Below are positions 27,276 to 40,988 of a stretch of DNA of 64,000 nucleotides, piece after piece. Both the position numbers and the translations under genes were made by a program. Below the pieces are notes generated by a model. It saw only the letters and a program-made list of their open reading frames with translations, was not told the origin of the DNA and did not search any database. This stretch comes from Phaeosaccion multiseriatum. Taxonomy: Eukaryota; Protista; Ochrophyta, other classes. The stretch is from NCBI GenBank assembly GCA_965112735.1, contig OZ218959.1, positions 2,666,001 to 2,730,000 on the forward strand, read 5' to 3'. Numbering within the stretch: position 1 is the stretch's first letter; every line of letters starts with the position of its first letter.

Positions 27276-29077
27276 GTGGTGGTGCTGCTGCTGCTGAGTG
27301 GCTCTTGCTGCAGCACCGGCAGCACCAGCGGGCCCTCCTCCTCCTGCCTTCTCTCGCGTGGGGGAGAGAGGCGGCTTGAGGAGGATGCTAACGCGACCGC
27401 CCTTTCTGCTGCTGCCACCGTTCCTTCTGCAGCTACTGCTGCTGCTGGTAGTGGTGGTGGTGGTGGTGATTGTGGGGGTGGGCAGGGCGTGGTTGGCCTC
27501 TGCTAGGGCCCTCGGACAACCGCTGCCGCTGTAACCGTGGCTCTGGCGGTGAAGCCTCGTCACGTGCCCGGCGGCTCGATCCAATTGGCCTTGACGCATG
27601 GCCTCAGTGTGCGTCCACCAGCAGCGACTGTCCCAAAGGAGATCGCGCCGCCGAAAGCATACGCTTTTGCTGGCGCGGCTGTTGCTGCTGCCTCTCGGAC
27701 TCGAGCCAAGGCCCGAGCCTGACCCCTTCGGTGCTGGGTTCGAGTAAGGCTGCACAAAGACTTGTTCCCCGTCCGCGGACGCACCCACTACACGCGTCCA
27801 GACCTGGGGAAGAACCTTTTTTGTTGGTGGTCCGAGGGGGGTTCCAGGGGGGGCATGCGGTTACACATTAGGAGCGACAGTCGAGCGAAGGCAGCACGTT
27901 ACGGGCAGTGTGGTGAAGTTCTTCACTCCGTTGAGCGGGCGCGCTTAGGTATGAGATATGCATCCCCTCTGTTGGTCTATTGGACGGATACATACATACA
28001 TACACACACACAAACTCACACACACACACACACACACAAACATACACAACCTCACCTGCACGAACTGACCCGGTCGGGCTTTACGCTGGCCATGTAGGAT
28101 CCTCCTGGTCTCGAATCCGGCCCCATCTGTGAGTATGTAGTTCTCTTCCTCCTCCTCCTCTTCTTCTTCTTCTTCTGTATGTGAACCATAAGCGCGCTGA
28201 TCTTGCGGAAATGAACCCCCTTCCGCTGTATCTGGTCTCACAACCCACCCTCCCTCTTCCATTTGTTCTGCCCCATCTCCTCCTCCTCCTCCTCCTCCTC
28301 CTCCTCCTCCTCCTCCTCCTCCTTCTCCTGCCCTTGCGCCGGTGGGCCTCTCAGGGTCCCACGTGAGTTGCAGGCCATCCGCTGCCATCCCCCCAGGACC
28401 AGGAGGGGAAGAAGGCGGGGAGCCCAGCCGTGCTGGTTGCACTCGCAGCGGATGCTGGTGCTGCTGGAGAAGCTGCTGCATCAGGGCTGGCGCAGAGGTA
28501 GAGGAGGGCAGGGGGAGGGGCCCGCCATGGGCGCTGCTGCTGCGGGTGTCACTCAGCTGACTGTTACTCTGGAGCAATGTTAATAGGGGTGAGGGTGACA
28601 AAGCACTGTCGTGGGGGTGTAAGGAGGAGAAGGAGGCGGAGAAGGGGGAGGAGGAGGCCTTCCTGAGCGGTTTCGTAGTCGTCGTTATGATGTTGGCCGT
28701 CGTCATGCTTCGTGGTAGCTGCTGTCCCTGTCCCTGTTGGCCCTGTTGACTGAGCTGCAGCTGGAGCTGATGTGGTGCCATCCCCGCCCTCTCCAGGAAG
28801 GGCAAGAGACGGCGATGCATTCTTCGCTTGTCATTCGTGGCATGTGCGTGGGGCAGCGTCGTGAAGGCCGGGCAGCACGGAGCCTTACAAGCCAAGAGGG
28901 CCACGTGTCGACAGAGAGTGGTGAGGGAAGATTCGCCCCAGTCCGAGTCCGGATCCACGCCGGTGGCGATCTCAGGAAGGGCTTTACGAAGAGTTTCGTA
29001 GTAGGGGGGGAGGACCTACGGAGGGAGGGAGCGACATGCGGGGGTGCAGGGTTGCTCTTTGTCAGGGGAAGGGAGGA

Positions 29078-29118
<41 letters not shown>

Positions 29119-31512
29119 GCGCAAGAGAGGAGATACAGATCGGAGCCAGAGAAGATGCTGCGACTCTTATCTCACTAGACAGATAGGAGCAGAGAAGATG
29201 CTGCTACTCTTGTCTCACTACTCACTACTCACCTCCGGGCAGCCGGGCCGTCTCTGGCGCATCTTGTGTATCACCAACCCGCGTATCCTGCAAATCAACG
29301 CGGAGAGCACAAAGGGTGGCAAGCACGGCACAGCCTCGGCGATGGCGGAAGCGGTGGCCCCACTCGGACTCGGATGCTGGCCCCCTCCCCCTCCCCCTCC
29401 TCCTCCTCCTCCTCCTCCTCCTCCTCCTCCTCCTCCTCCTCCTCCTCCTCCTCCTCCTCCTCCTCCATGCCCCCTGCCTCTAAGGAGCATGACGAGGACA
29501 GTCTGTGAGAGTAGAGTCACAGGCAACGTCTCTCGAAAGCGAAGCTGTACTGCCATGATCGCTGCCAAATCAAGCTGCATCTGTGCCGATGGCAGCTCAC
29601 ACATCGCCTCCACTTGACTCTGTGGCAGTGGCGGTGGTTGAGCCGCGAGGTTGTATTTCTGCCTCCCTCTTGCGTGGTTGTGAAGCCTCACTCGTCGATC
29701 GTAGTGCTCCAACAAGTGCCGGAGTTGGTACCGCTCCAGCAGAAAGGCACCGTCATCATCATCATCACCATCACCATCACCATCACCATCACCATCACCA
29801 TCACCATCACCATCACCACCATCGTCGTTGGCGTTGGGGTCGATGTGCTTGGTGTCGTGTTCAGCCTCCGCCGGGGAGTCCCCGTCACTTCCTCCTCCTC
29901 CTCCTCCTCCCCCTCTTCGTCGCCTGCCTTGCCTTGCTCCCCCTCGGGGCATGTCCATGAGGACACTCCTCTGCCAGTGCTGAGCGTGTGTACCACCAGC
30001 AGCGCAATACGTGCCTCTCAGTAAAGAAAACTTTTGCCGCTGAGCCACCGCAGCACCACCACTCTCGCCGCTACTGATAACAACGCTGTGACTCAGACCA
30101 CTGGAGTCGTCCTTCTGAGAAGGAGCAACACCATCAGCACCACCACCACCACCTCGACTACCCCCTCCTCGCTCAGAGCTCTTTGCCTCCCCCTCGTGCA
30201 CTGCCTCGTTCTCTCCGCTGCTCAGCCCCCTGCTCCTACTGCCTGCATCGCCATCTCCATCTCCTCCGGTGCTGCCCATGGAGCCGGCGGAGGGGGGAAG
30301 AGTGGGTTTGTCCTCGATTGAGCTCCTCCCTCCCCATCCCACTTCTTCCCCATCGTCGAGGAGCGTCGCATCCGCCCCATCCTCGCTGCTGCCAAAGTGA
30401 AACAAAGTCCTGTCCGAACCTATGGACAAGTTGTCGGCATTGCCAATGCTCGCCTCCGACGGCTCGCAGCTACCTCGCCCCCCCCCCTGCTGCTGCTCCT
30501 GTTGCTCCTGCTCTCCTTCGTCCTCGCTGAACCTTCCCTCTGGCGGACCTCCTTTGGCGGACTGCTGAGGCTCGAAAGATCTATCTTCCCAATTCTCCTC
30601 CTCCTCCTCCTTGCTCTCCTCCCTCTCTCCATCTTGCTCATCGTCCTCGCGATCATCCGCTTGACCGTTGTCTGTGTGTGCCAACGAGGCCGCCGAGGAT
30701 GATGGTGATGGTGACATCGGGCGGCGTGCCTTTATTCGCTCTCGCTGCGTGATCAGCTCCCCATTTAAGGTCCACACGTAGGGCAACACGGCCACGGCGT
30801 CTTCCCGGGTATTTGCTGCCGGATTCCCCTTCAAACTCAGCTCTATCACATGCACATCACCCAGATCCCTGTGGTGACGGTGATTGGTCCGAGTATTGAG
30901 TGGGTTGACCAGGGAAAGCGGGTGGGGAAGGAGACGGTGAGTGCATATGTGTTAGGATAAATGTAGGTGGGGGAGGGGGCGCCTGAGTACAAGCAGTGGA
31001 GTTTGGTGTGGTCCCGGTGTAGCTCAGCTTAGCGTAAACTGCGTAAACTCACCTCGCCACTGCTGCCAGGGAGAGCTCATTGCCCTCCAGATTGAGGTAT
31101 CCCAGGGTACTTCGACTGGAAAGCCCAGTCACCGAGGTGATGCCATTCCCACTGACGTCAATAACCCACAGTTCACGGCAGTCTCTTCCCCAGGCCTCTG
31201 TGTCGTTGTGGGTGTGGGTGTGGGTGTGCAGTGGTTGGTGCGACGGATGGGGTTAGGCACGGCAAAGGGATCAGGTCAGGAGCAGAGTCCATGCATACGC
31301 TAACAAGAGAGTGATGTATAAGACCAAATGGACGCACCATCGTCAAGTGAGCTGAGGCGATTGTCGGCGGCATTGAGTTGGAGAAGAGATGTGCATTTCC
31401 CCAGCACCTCTGTGTCCAGACCGCTCACTCCCAGGGAGTTGAGGTGGAGGGAATCGAGCTCCCTCAAGGGATCCTTGCACAGTCCTTGCAGCCAGGCTGC
31501 GCGTATCTTCAT
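21460..31512 (-). CDS. ~2,990-aa protein with N-terminal LRRs plus LRR cap and very long low-complexity regions
   Basis: Exons 31512-31338, 31197-31053, 30868-29233, 29015-28056, 27815-26148 and 25836-21460 total 8961 nt in frame. LRRs LxxLxLxxN (LLQLNAADNRLSSL, LWVIDVSGNGITSV, LGYLNLEGNEL, IELSLKGNP); cap-like REDAVAVLPYVWTLNGELIT. Confidence 0.7.
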
Positions 31513-32543
31513 CCTTCTGCTGTTCTCTCTACATCCTTATTAATTTCATTGATATTTTTCTCAAGAAGCTCCCTCGGCGTTACTTTCCGACGGCGTCCTG
31601 GCGACGGCATTCTGCCAACATGCCCGACCCCCCCCCCAGATGGCACTTACAAATAAAATAACCTCCCTCAAGTCAATAAAGTCCTCCCTCGTTGTGATTA
31701 TACTTCTATTAAAGTCGGCTCTATCTACCAAGTCATATGTGAAGCGAATGCCGCCACATAGCGAGGCGAGGCGAGAGGCGGGTGGGCACCCGCTTTCTCT
31801 CGTCACCCACTGCGTGTGCCACTTGTACTTGTACTGCCACAGTTCTTGCAACTCTGCGCTCTCGCGCACGCCTCCCACGTCCTCCTCAGCATGTATGTAC
31901 CTTTAGAGCTACCTTCTCCCGCACTCCTGCCATCACTCAAAATGAGCCAATCGATCACCCGCCCCCCCTCCCTTCCCTCCCCTCCCCTCCCTCTCCAGCC
32001 GCAGCTCCCCTAAAAACCCTGCGCTCATTTGTACACGAGAATTCCTCCAAACTTTATGCGGACGGGTCCCCGCATGTGCTGCTGCTCTTCCTCCTCCTCC
32101 TCGTCCTCGTCCTCGTTCTCGTCCTCCTCCTCGTCCTCCTCCTCCTCTTCCTCTTCCTCTTCCTCCTCCTCTTCCTCTTCCTCCTCCTCCTCCTCCTCCA
32201 GCTGCTGCTGCTCCTACTGCTGCCGCTGCTCGTTCTCCTGCTGCTGCTGCTGCTGCTGCTGTTGCTCTACGCCCTCCGTCAAGATCAGGTACGCGGCTCC
32301 CCATCCCGTAGCCACACCTTTGCCTTCCCTCCTCTGCCTACCTTCCCTACACAGAGCCTGTACAATGTGGTGTGGAAGGTACGTACAGCTTCTCTTCGCC
32401 TTCTTCGTGCCCAGACAAAAGAGGGCTCGAGACACTGCCGCACGACCGCAGCAAGATCGACACGACCACTCGACCTCACAAACTTACTTCTCGTCCTGGC
32501 CTTGTCTGCTCTCTCTGCTCCTCGTGCTCATCTTCTCGCTGCT

Positions 32544-34083
32544 CTACTCTTTCCGCACGAAAGCCATGCTGCATTTGTCAGCGTTGCACACACGCCAATG
32601 GTCTCCCACGTACGTCACTGCAGCAGTGAACTTGCCTTTCTTGAACAGACTGTGTAAGAAACACCCAAAGTGTATGTAAGGTGTACGTAAGGTGGAGGAA
32701 ACGTGTGGGTGTACATAGAAGCAGAAACCAACCACATTAAGGGGCGGGGCGGGGGGGGTATGGAAGACAAATGGGAGGGCAGGAGAGAGAGAATGAGAAG
32801 GAGGACTGGGCATGGCGATGGATGGACGGATGACTGAATGAACAAACAAATGGACGGGATGGATGGATGGATGGATGGATGGATGGAAGGATGGATGGAT
32901 GGATGGATGGACGGATAGCAATGGATGGATGGCCGCTAAACAAACCCTGTGTGACTAGCTCACTCACTGACTGACTCACGCACACACTCACCCCAAGCCG
33001 GCGACTTTCCCTCGCCCGAAGGTCACGTCAACCTGGTCATTTCCGTCTCTGCTCTCCGTGTATGTCCCCTTCTGCCTCATCTTGAGCCGCAGAGGCGTCA
33101 GGCGGAGGCGTACTTTGCACTCGTTCACAACTTCCTTGGTCTTCACGTCCACCGTCTGCAAAGGGAAGAGAGGAAGTGAAAGGCAAGAAAAGAATGGGGG
33201 GTAGGGAGGGATGGAGGGAGAGGTGTGATTCATTTACTCATTCTAGTCGCCCCTCCTCAAAAGCACCCCCTCCCCCTCCCCTTCTTCTTCCTCCTCCTCC
33301 TCCCTCCTCCTCCTCCTCCTCCTCCTCCTCCTCCTCCTCCTCCTCCTCCTCCCCCTCCTCCTCCTCCTCCTCCCCCCCGTATGTACCTACCTGTGTGGGC
33401 TCGCTGAACTTGAAGAGGAGAGACCTCTTTTTGCCAAGCCAGTTGCGGAATGCGCTCTTCTTGCTCGAGTACACCAGGCTGTACACACCCTCCAGTTTGG
33501 GATCCTTCAGAGGCTGCAAGGGTAGGGGTATATGGGCATATGGGTAGGGCAGCGCAGAGGTATCCCGGGCAAAAGCAGTGAAGAGATGTATGGGCAGGGC
33601 GGGGAGGGCCGAGCAAGAGGAAATGGCGAATACAGAAGGGTAGAGGGCGTGGGGCGACAAAAGGCAGGGAGAGGCCTCCCCCACTCCTCTCCCTACTTGA
33701 GATACGTTCAGTTTCCCCCCCCTCCTCCTCCTCCTCCTCCTCCTCCACATCGCGTCGAGTTTTGTCTTTATATCGCCACACGATTCATGGCTGTAGTTTG
33801 ACTCAACACACACACTTATGCATACACTCACACGCACTCACTCTCTCTCGCACAAACGCACATACAGACACACACACGCCCGCACGCACTCACCTCGGTG
33901 CTCCTTAGCTCCCCCACGGCCTTGACAAGGCTCGCTTTGCCCTCCTCGTTCATCTTGTTCGGCTTGAAGGAGCTCTCCTTCAACAAGGCGTCAAGCTCGT
34001 TCTCCCTCGCCTTTTGGTCAGGACGGACAGGTTAATATAGATAGAGAGATGAGCGATAGAGATGAGAGGACAGAGAGTCAGAG

Positions 34084-34164
<81 letters not shown>

Positions 34165-36570
34165 ACAGAGGGAGAAGGAGAGACAGGGCAGAGAGAGTCA
34201 GAGAGAGAGGGAGACAGAGAGTCATAGAGAGAGACAGAGGGGGGGGGGGGAGCGCAAGATAGAGAAATGGGCTAGAGTGAGAGAGACGTATGGGCGCTGA
34301 GGTCATTCTCCCTTACCTTTTGGTCGAGGGCCGTCATGAGTCCCTCCACCGCTGCTGCCGCCACAGCCTTGGCTTCCGCTTCGCCGTCGTTCTTCTTCTG
34401 CGGAATGCTCTCGCGATAGATCTTCACGGCCGCCTGCAAGGGGAAGGGGGAGGGGAGGAGAACAGAGGAGAGGGGAGGAGAGGAGAGGAGAGGAGAGGAG
34501 AGGAGAGGAGAGGAGAGGAGAGGAGAGGAGAGGAGAGGAGAGGAGAGGAGAGGAGGGGAGGAGAGGGAGGAGAGGAGAGGAGAGGGGAGGGGAGGAGTGG
34601 AGTGGACCCTATCAGGTTGTCGTCCTATACGTTGATTGAAGAAGGGGTGTGAGCCTTCACGGAACCCCCCGAACGACGTTCCACGCCCACACACGTACGC
34701 ACCCTTCACGTACCTTCTGAATGTTGTCCACGACGCTCTGCACCTTGTCGGGCCTCTGCAAATCCGTGACGCCCCTCGGCTCCTGCTCCGCCTTCAGTAG
34801 AGCTGCGCTCACGCTGTCCGCCACTGCCCTGGCCTGCGCCTTTTCCTTCGCTGCCTTCTCCGCCGCGGCTGAGGGCAGAGAGATAGGGTGAAGGTCAAGG
34901 TGAGGGTTAGGGATACCACGTGTCAGCACGTTTGTGTGTGTGTGTGTGCGTGTATGTATTTGCATTGGGGGGACGGGAGAGGGGAGGGGAACGGTGAGGA
35001 AGGAGAGCAAGGATGTTGTTTCTGTCTGTTTCGGTCTGGGTGGACGGGCGGTGGGAACAATCCGTCTAATCTCGCTTCACCCTACGACCTGTATTCGTTC
35101 TGCTTGCCCGACAACCCCCTCTCCACCCGCTCCCCTCCTTCCTCGCCCGAGCGTCGCTTCTCCCTCTGCTTGTGTCACTCCTTCTCGCACGCACGCACTA
35201 GGTTTCTCTCCACGCCTTCCCTCGTCGGCGCCACCTCTTTCCTGAGAGAGATAGAGAGGGACCTCTCTCTCTACCTCAAACACCAACCCACGCACAAACA
35301 CGCGCACGCACGCACACACGCACATACGCACACACGCACACACTTACCCGCTGCGTTCGCTATGCGGCGTAATTCAGCCTTCTCCTTTGCCTCCTCTTCA
35401 GCGGTCTTCTTGAAGTACTGAGTGGGAGGGGCCTTCCAGGCGGGTGCTGGGCTGGGGCTGCCTGCCTTGTCGACTGTGTGAATGAAACTGTCGTCAAAGT
35501 TCAGCAGCACCTGAGAGCAAGACGACAAGAGAAGGGAGAAGAGAGAGTAGGCCATCCAGTGGGGCCATCCCGTTCGCGTGTGCCACAGCACGAGGCAACG
35601 AAAAGAGGGGAAATTGGAGACAGGTTCCTTGTTGTCGTTTCGCAGAAGGGACACCCCAGACGGGACAAAAGGGACACAAAACCCTCCGTAGAAGACGGGA
35701 ATAAGACCTGGTATCAGACAAGTGACGTGAAACGCTAGCCACAGCTACCAACTCCATTTGTACCACCCTCCCTCTCCCTCTCCCTTCAACGGGCATATTT
35801 GTATGTACCTGGCCAAGGCCCTCCCATGTCTTCTCCACACTCTGACCGAGGCGAGCATCGGAGGTGTTGGTTAGTGAGTCCGTTATTTGGTACACGGCAT
35901 CGCGAAAGCTGTTCTCCTTTGCGCTGTTGCTTGCCGGTCCAGTCCTCACGGTCGATTTGCTAGTGTTAGGGGCACGGGAAGAGGGGGAAGGGAGGGGGGA
36001 TGAAGAGATAGACATACATTCAATTGGAGAAGATTGTGAGGTTGCTTCCCAAAGGAGAGCGCTTGGCTGCCTGTTCTCTTGAAAATTTGAACAAACTGTG
36101 CAACAGGGATATACTTTCCAAGGCATTGCAATCCCCCCTACATCTCGCCGTGCGTTAGCCCGATGAAGCATGGCTTCTCGAGCATCAAATCACGACACGC
36201 CGGCAACGATGAAGCATGACTGGTGAGGTTGTTGTGAGGTCTTGTCGGAACATAAACACCAACCCAAAAATTGACCTTGACGAAGATACAGCAAGACCAA
36301 GCCCAAAGAAGCGAACGCAACAAGGAACGGGACGAAGAGGCAACCACGCCCATCTCACCTTGAGCCTGTGGGCTGGGGAGACATACGACGCGCCTCATGG
36401 GAAACTGCCGCCTTTCCCACACGTGAGCCAGAGGGGCCCGTCGCTGCAGGAGCAAATGGAAACTGCACGTGTCCGGGGACGAATGCCGCAACATGGACGG
36501 GGCGCATGAGCACACATGCCACTCCAACTGCCGCCGTTGCCGCCGCTACGCCACGCGGGAAAGACTTCAT
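32544..36570 (-). CDS. Plastid-targeted PAP/fibrillin-like (lipocalin-fold) protein with N-terminal helical extension
   Basis: About 9 exons. Presequence [33 protein letters not shown]-terminal [11 protein letters not shown]...[15 protein letters not shown]...GTY...VDVTF...[10 protein letters not shown]...MAFVRKE* follows the fibrillin pattern (L.G.W.L.Y...Q.ID...N...TYLD...R). Confidence 0.6.
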
Positions 36571-36851
36571 GCTCTCCTTTTGCATCCCCAAAGATTTTTT
36601 CAAAAGTGATGACAGCATCTCTACTTTGTTTGGGGCTGTCGATTTCTTTTTCGTTTTTCGGAGCTGAAACGGCTGTTCCTCTCTCCGTTTGTATGCTGGT
36701 TTGCTTGCCCCGGTACACCCCCCCCCCCCCCACCCTCTCTCCCCTCTGCTGAGGAGACCACCAGAAGTAGCAGTAGGGATTTTCCCAAGCGCAGAGGTGG
36801 AAGGAGAAAAGGAGGAACGGAGAGAAGAGGGAGGCGAGGGCCAAAGGGCCG

Positions 36852-39800
36852 ATGAGCGGGAGAGGGTGCATAGGAGGCGCACCCACCGCGCGGTCGGAGA
36901 TTTTCGGTAATGCCGCTGATGGGAGCCTCTCAGCGCGGCCAGGAGCCCCGCCCTTCTTGGTCGATCCCACTGGCAGCAGCAGTAGAGGTGGGGGGGGGCA
37001 GCAAGGGTCGGCGAGGGGGGGAGACGGCAAGAGGCCGCTGGCTGTCTCAAAGAACGATGAGCCAATAGCCCCTCCCTTCGGCTCCGGGAGACCTCCCACC
37101 TCGGGTCCCACCCAGGGACAGAGTACGCCATATACGCAGCGTTCTACAACAAGGAGGTACGTCCAGGTCAACGAGATGACGAAGGAGGAAGGAAAGCCCT
37201 CGACCAATTCTCCTTCTAGTGGAGGCTTCTTGGTGCCCCGCCTTTGACACTGGGCAAGCAACTATTGACACGCATAATCAAACCCTTGATACACACCTGT
37301 CTCCCTCCTTCCCTTTCCTTAACCTATCTTACCCACCTGCAGCAGTACACACACCCCGGCTGCCCTGGCAGACAACGACGTGCTAAACCTCTCAAGTAGG
37401 AGGACGGAAGCCACCCACCTATCGGATCGCAGTACGGGACGGTCCTGTAGCAGCAGTCATACGGGTATATTCTCTGACAATCGGGTCGCATCGAGCCCCG
37501 CAGAGGACGATGCAGCAGGTAGGTGGCGAGCAGAGACCATTGCTGTTCCGGGGACTCGTGATTCATTGATACATGGGCTTTCGCGCTGCCTTCTTGTGGG
37601 GTGACTCGAGTTCAGTTCACATGAAAGAAGCAGGGCTCTTCTCACCTTGGTATTGGTACTTAACGAAGCCCAAGCTCTCCTATGATCCGTCAAGGAAGGG
37701 TTCCCTTTTGTAGATTCTCACAAACACTCATGATAAACCCAAACACGCACCCACAGATGATGACATGATGGAGCTGGAGCACCTCATCGGCTGCGGCACG
37801 CGCTTCTTGCACACGGTGGTGGCCCACCCTTCCCTACCCAATGTCATCTACAAAGCCGTGGGGTCTGCCCTCGTCATTTCCGACCTCACAGACCCCCATA
37901 ATGAGCAGTTCCTTCGCGGGCATGATATGGAAATCTCTGCCGTGTGTCTCAATGCCACAGGCACCCTCGCCGCTTCCGGACAGGCCGGCTCCACACACGT
38001 CAAGGGCTTTCCGGCGCCCGTGTTGGTGTGGAATCTGGCTGCGGGCAAGGGGAAAGGCCAGAGCTTGCTCTCGCTGGAGGGTCTGTCCAGGGGGGTGCGA
38101 CGCGTCGCCTTCTCCGCCGACAACCGCTTCCTCATGGGTTGTGGGGAAGACGGACGGCTGTATATTTGGGACGTGCAGACAGGGGAAGTGGCGTATGCAC
38201 GTTGCTTCCCCACGCCTCTGCAGGTGTGGCGGTGGGGCAATGTGGACAATACGGGACGGCGGCCCGTCTATGAGGCGTATTACTGCATCAAAGACGAAAT
38301 GAAGTCCGTGGTGCTAGCGTTCGATCCCGTGCGACGCCAGTGGACTCTGACGGGAGAGACCATGACCATGCCCAGCTCCGGCCTCGTTCGCAACTACAAT
38401 AGCATCGGGGTGCTGCCGCACTACAAGAGCCTGATTGCGGGCACAGACGTGGGGGATATGGTGGTGTATCGTTTGGACACGGGCGTATATCGGGCATCAG
38501 TACCTGTGTGTAGTGGGGGAGTGCTCACACTAGCCGTCGACCCTGCTTCCGGGGCGGTGTTTTGCGGCGGTGGTGACCACACGATTCGACGACTCGTGGG
38601 GGGCGATATGCAGTGGGCGGTGGATGAAACCGTCGTCACGGATGGGAAGGTGGTGTCGCTATCCTTCTGCAACACCAGTCGAGAGCTCGTTGCCGTGACT
38701 GGTGCGGGGAGCGTCCTCCGCATCCCTGCTTACAACCTCGCCGAGAAGGAGGTGGTGAGTAGCGCACACACCGCGGCCATTACGGCCGTGGCGTGCGGGT
38801 CCAAGACGGATAGCTTCGTCACGTGCTCCGCTGACGGCACAGTCAACATTTGGGACCTAGGAAACTATGCCATCAGCGCTCGGGCCTTCGCCCCTGGAGG
38901 CGTTGGTGATGCTGATGCAGGCCTGGCCCGACGAGGAGGAACGGGTCGCATCAACACCGCCTCGGGCGAGGAAGAGGGCGACTCCAAAGGCTGTCTCTGC
39001 GCGTGTTGGGTGGAGGAGCGGGCGGTTATTACGGGGTGGGCGGACCACGGGATTCGGTGCTCAGACGCGGGTACAGGCCGACAACTGTGGGAGATACCCA
39101 ACGCGCACCGCTCCGCAGTCACTTCTGTTGCCGTCCACACCGGGGCCTCTCTGGCCTATCTCGCCTCAGCCGGCGACGATGGCAGTGTCCGCATCTGGGC
39201 CCTACGTACGCGTGAGATGATGTTGCAGTTTGTGGAGCATCAAAAGGGCGTAGCGGCGGTGCGAGTGGACGTAACCGCCCCTCACCTGCTGCACTCTGCG
39301 GGGAAGGATTGTGCAATCTTCACGTACGATTTACGCACGGAACGCCGTACGGTGGCGCATCTGACCCGGACGGGCCAACTCACTCACCTCACGCAGCGCC
39401 TCGACAGCGAGCAGGAGGTGATTACTTGCGACACCACCGGCCGCTTGCTGACGTGGGATTGCGACATTCGCGACCCCGTAAACGCTCTGCAGGACCCCAG
39501 TAGGAAGCGCCTTCGGTGTGCCGAGGTGTCACCCTCCGGCAGGTGAGCACTGGATGCTTGTGTTGCAGTGCTTGGCTCGCTACTTGGCTGCTTCGTCACA
39601 GGATCACTTCACGTCACAGCCACCTAAAACTCGAATCCTTCCTCCCTCCCTCCCTCCACACCTACCTACCTCCCTCCCTTCCCCCCAGGTACCTGGCCAC
39701 GTGCGGTGACGACTCCCTCGTCAAAGTCCTAGACATTTTTGACGGGTACTGTACCGTCGCCGCCGGAAGAGCCCACAGCGAGCCAGCCACCTGCCTGCAG

Positions 39801-40001
39801 TGGAGCGCGGACGAGAGACAGATCATCTCCGTAGGACAAGACCGCTCCATCGCTGTGTGGAATTTCTACGGTGTCCCACCCTCCTCCTCCCCCTCCTCCA
39901 CCGGCCCAGCGGTGGCAGAGGCCGGGGTGAGCGGGGCCAGGGGGGCAGAGGGAGGAGCTATTGCACCACTAGAAGGCAGCGACACGAAGCAACAGCGGTA
40001 G
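36852..40001 (+). CDS. CFAP52/WDR16-like WD40 repeat protein (flagellar type)
   Basis: Exons 36852-37156, 37343-37518, 37758-39542 and 39689-40001 in frame. MELEHLIG, QFLRGHDMEISA, LAASGQ, many WD repeats, WEIPNAHRSAVT, AHSEPATCLQWSADERQIISVGQDRSIAVWNF. Confidence 0.75.
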
Positions 40002-40988
40002 CAGCAGCAGCAGCAGCGGTAATAGTACTAGCACGTGCTGCGGCTCTACTTACTCCAGAGCTACTCCGTGCTACAAAAGAGTCGTGTCACACCAGAGTTG
40101 ATTGTATACACGTTTCGAAAATTAAACCAATCTCCTTCTTTTCGCAAGAGAAAAGGGATTCGTCGCCGTCATCGGCCCTCCCCTACCAGCAGGCGTCGGC
40201 AGCGTTACCATCGCTACCACTGCCGCGTATCACCAACTGCTGCTGCTACTACAGTCACATCGACCCGAGCCCTTTGGAGGAGAAGGCATCGGATGGTGCC
40301 CCCCCCCCCCCCTCCCTCCCTCCCCTTGTGTAAATCCCTCCCTCGTAAATCCCTTCTCCCCATTCCGCTCCGCGCCTCAACCCGGTCGCCTCACCCTCGC
40401 ACAAAACCTTCCTATACCCTGTACATAACAGTATCAGAGCGTCCTTGTGCCCTTGTGCCCTTCTTCCTCTATCTGTTCCTCACGCTCTATTCCCTCCTAT
40501 GTGATTCGTCCCCCTTAACAATTCTCCCACCCCCACCCCCCCCATAAGATACCCTCCGTTTATTGATGTCATGCGAGGCCGTGGCCAGACAAACAGCGCT
40601 CGTCGAAATCCTTCCTTCCTTCCTTCCTTCCTTTCTTTCTTCCTTCCTTCCTTCCTTCCTTCCTTTCTTCAGCGTCCACAGTTCATCTCAGCTTCGGCCC
40701 AAGAAAAGCTCAGGCAAGACTAACTTCACTCGACCAACCATTTCTCAGCCCCTCTTCAAGCCACACCCACAGAAAAAAGAGCCGAGGCGGGCGGTGCGTC
40801 AACACACAAAAAACACACGCGTAGCTCACTCCCTTTACCTCACTGAACCCTTCCTCCACCAAAATCCATCAAAATCGATCAAAACCCATCAATCAATCAG
40901 TCAGTCAACAAACCAATTATTGATTCTTGATTCTTGGCCTCTCTCTCCCTCCTCCTGATGACCAGAAGAGAAGAGAGACGGGGGGCGT

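Noticed and set aside
31640-32540. Separate gene in ORFs between the LRR and fibrillin-like genes
   Set aside because: The region is dominated by (TCC)n/(CTG)n tracts with no domain or convincing splice model; probably UTR or intergenic.
36395-37261. 288-aa minus-strand ORF
   Set aside because: It overlaps the first exons of the fibrillin-like gene (other frame) and the CFAP52-like gene (antisense), both of which splice cleanly; it has no motif.
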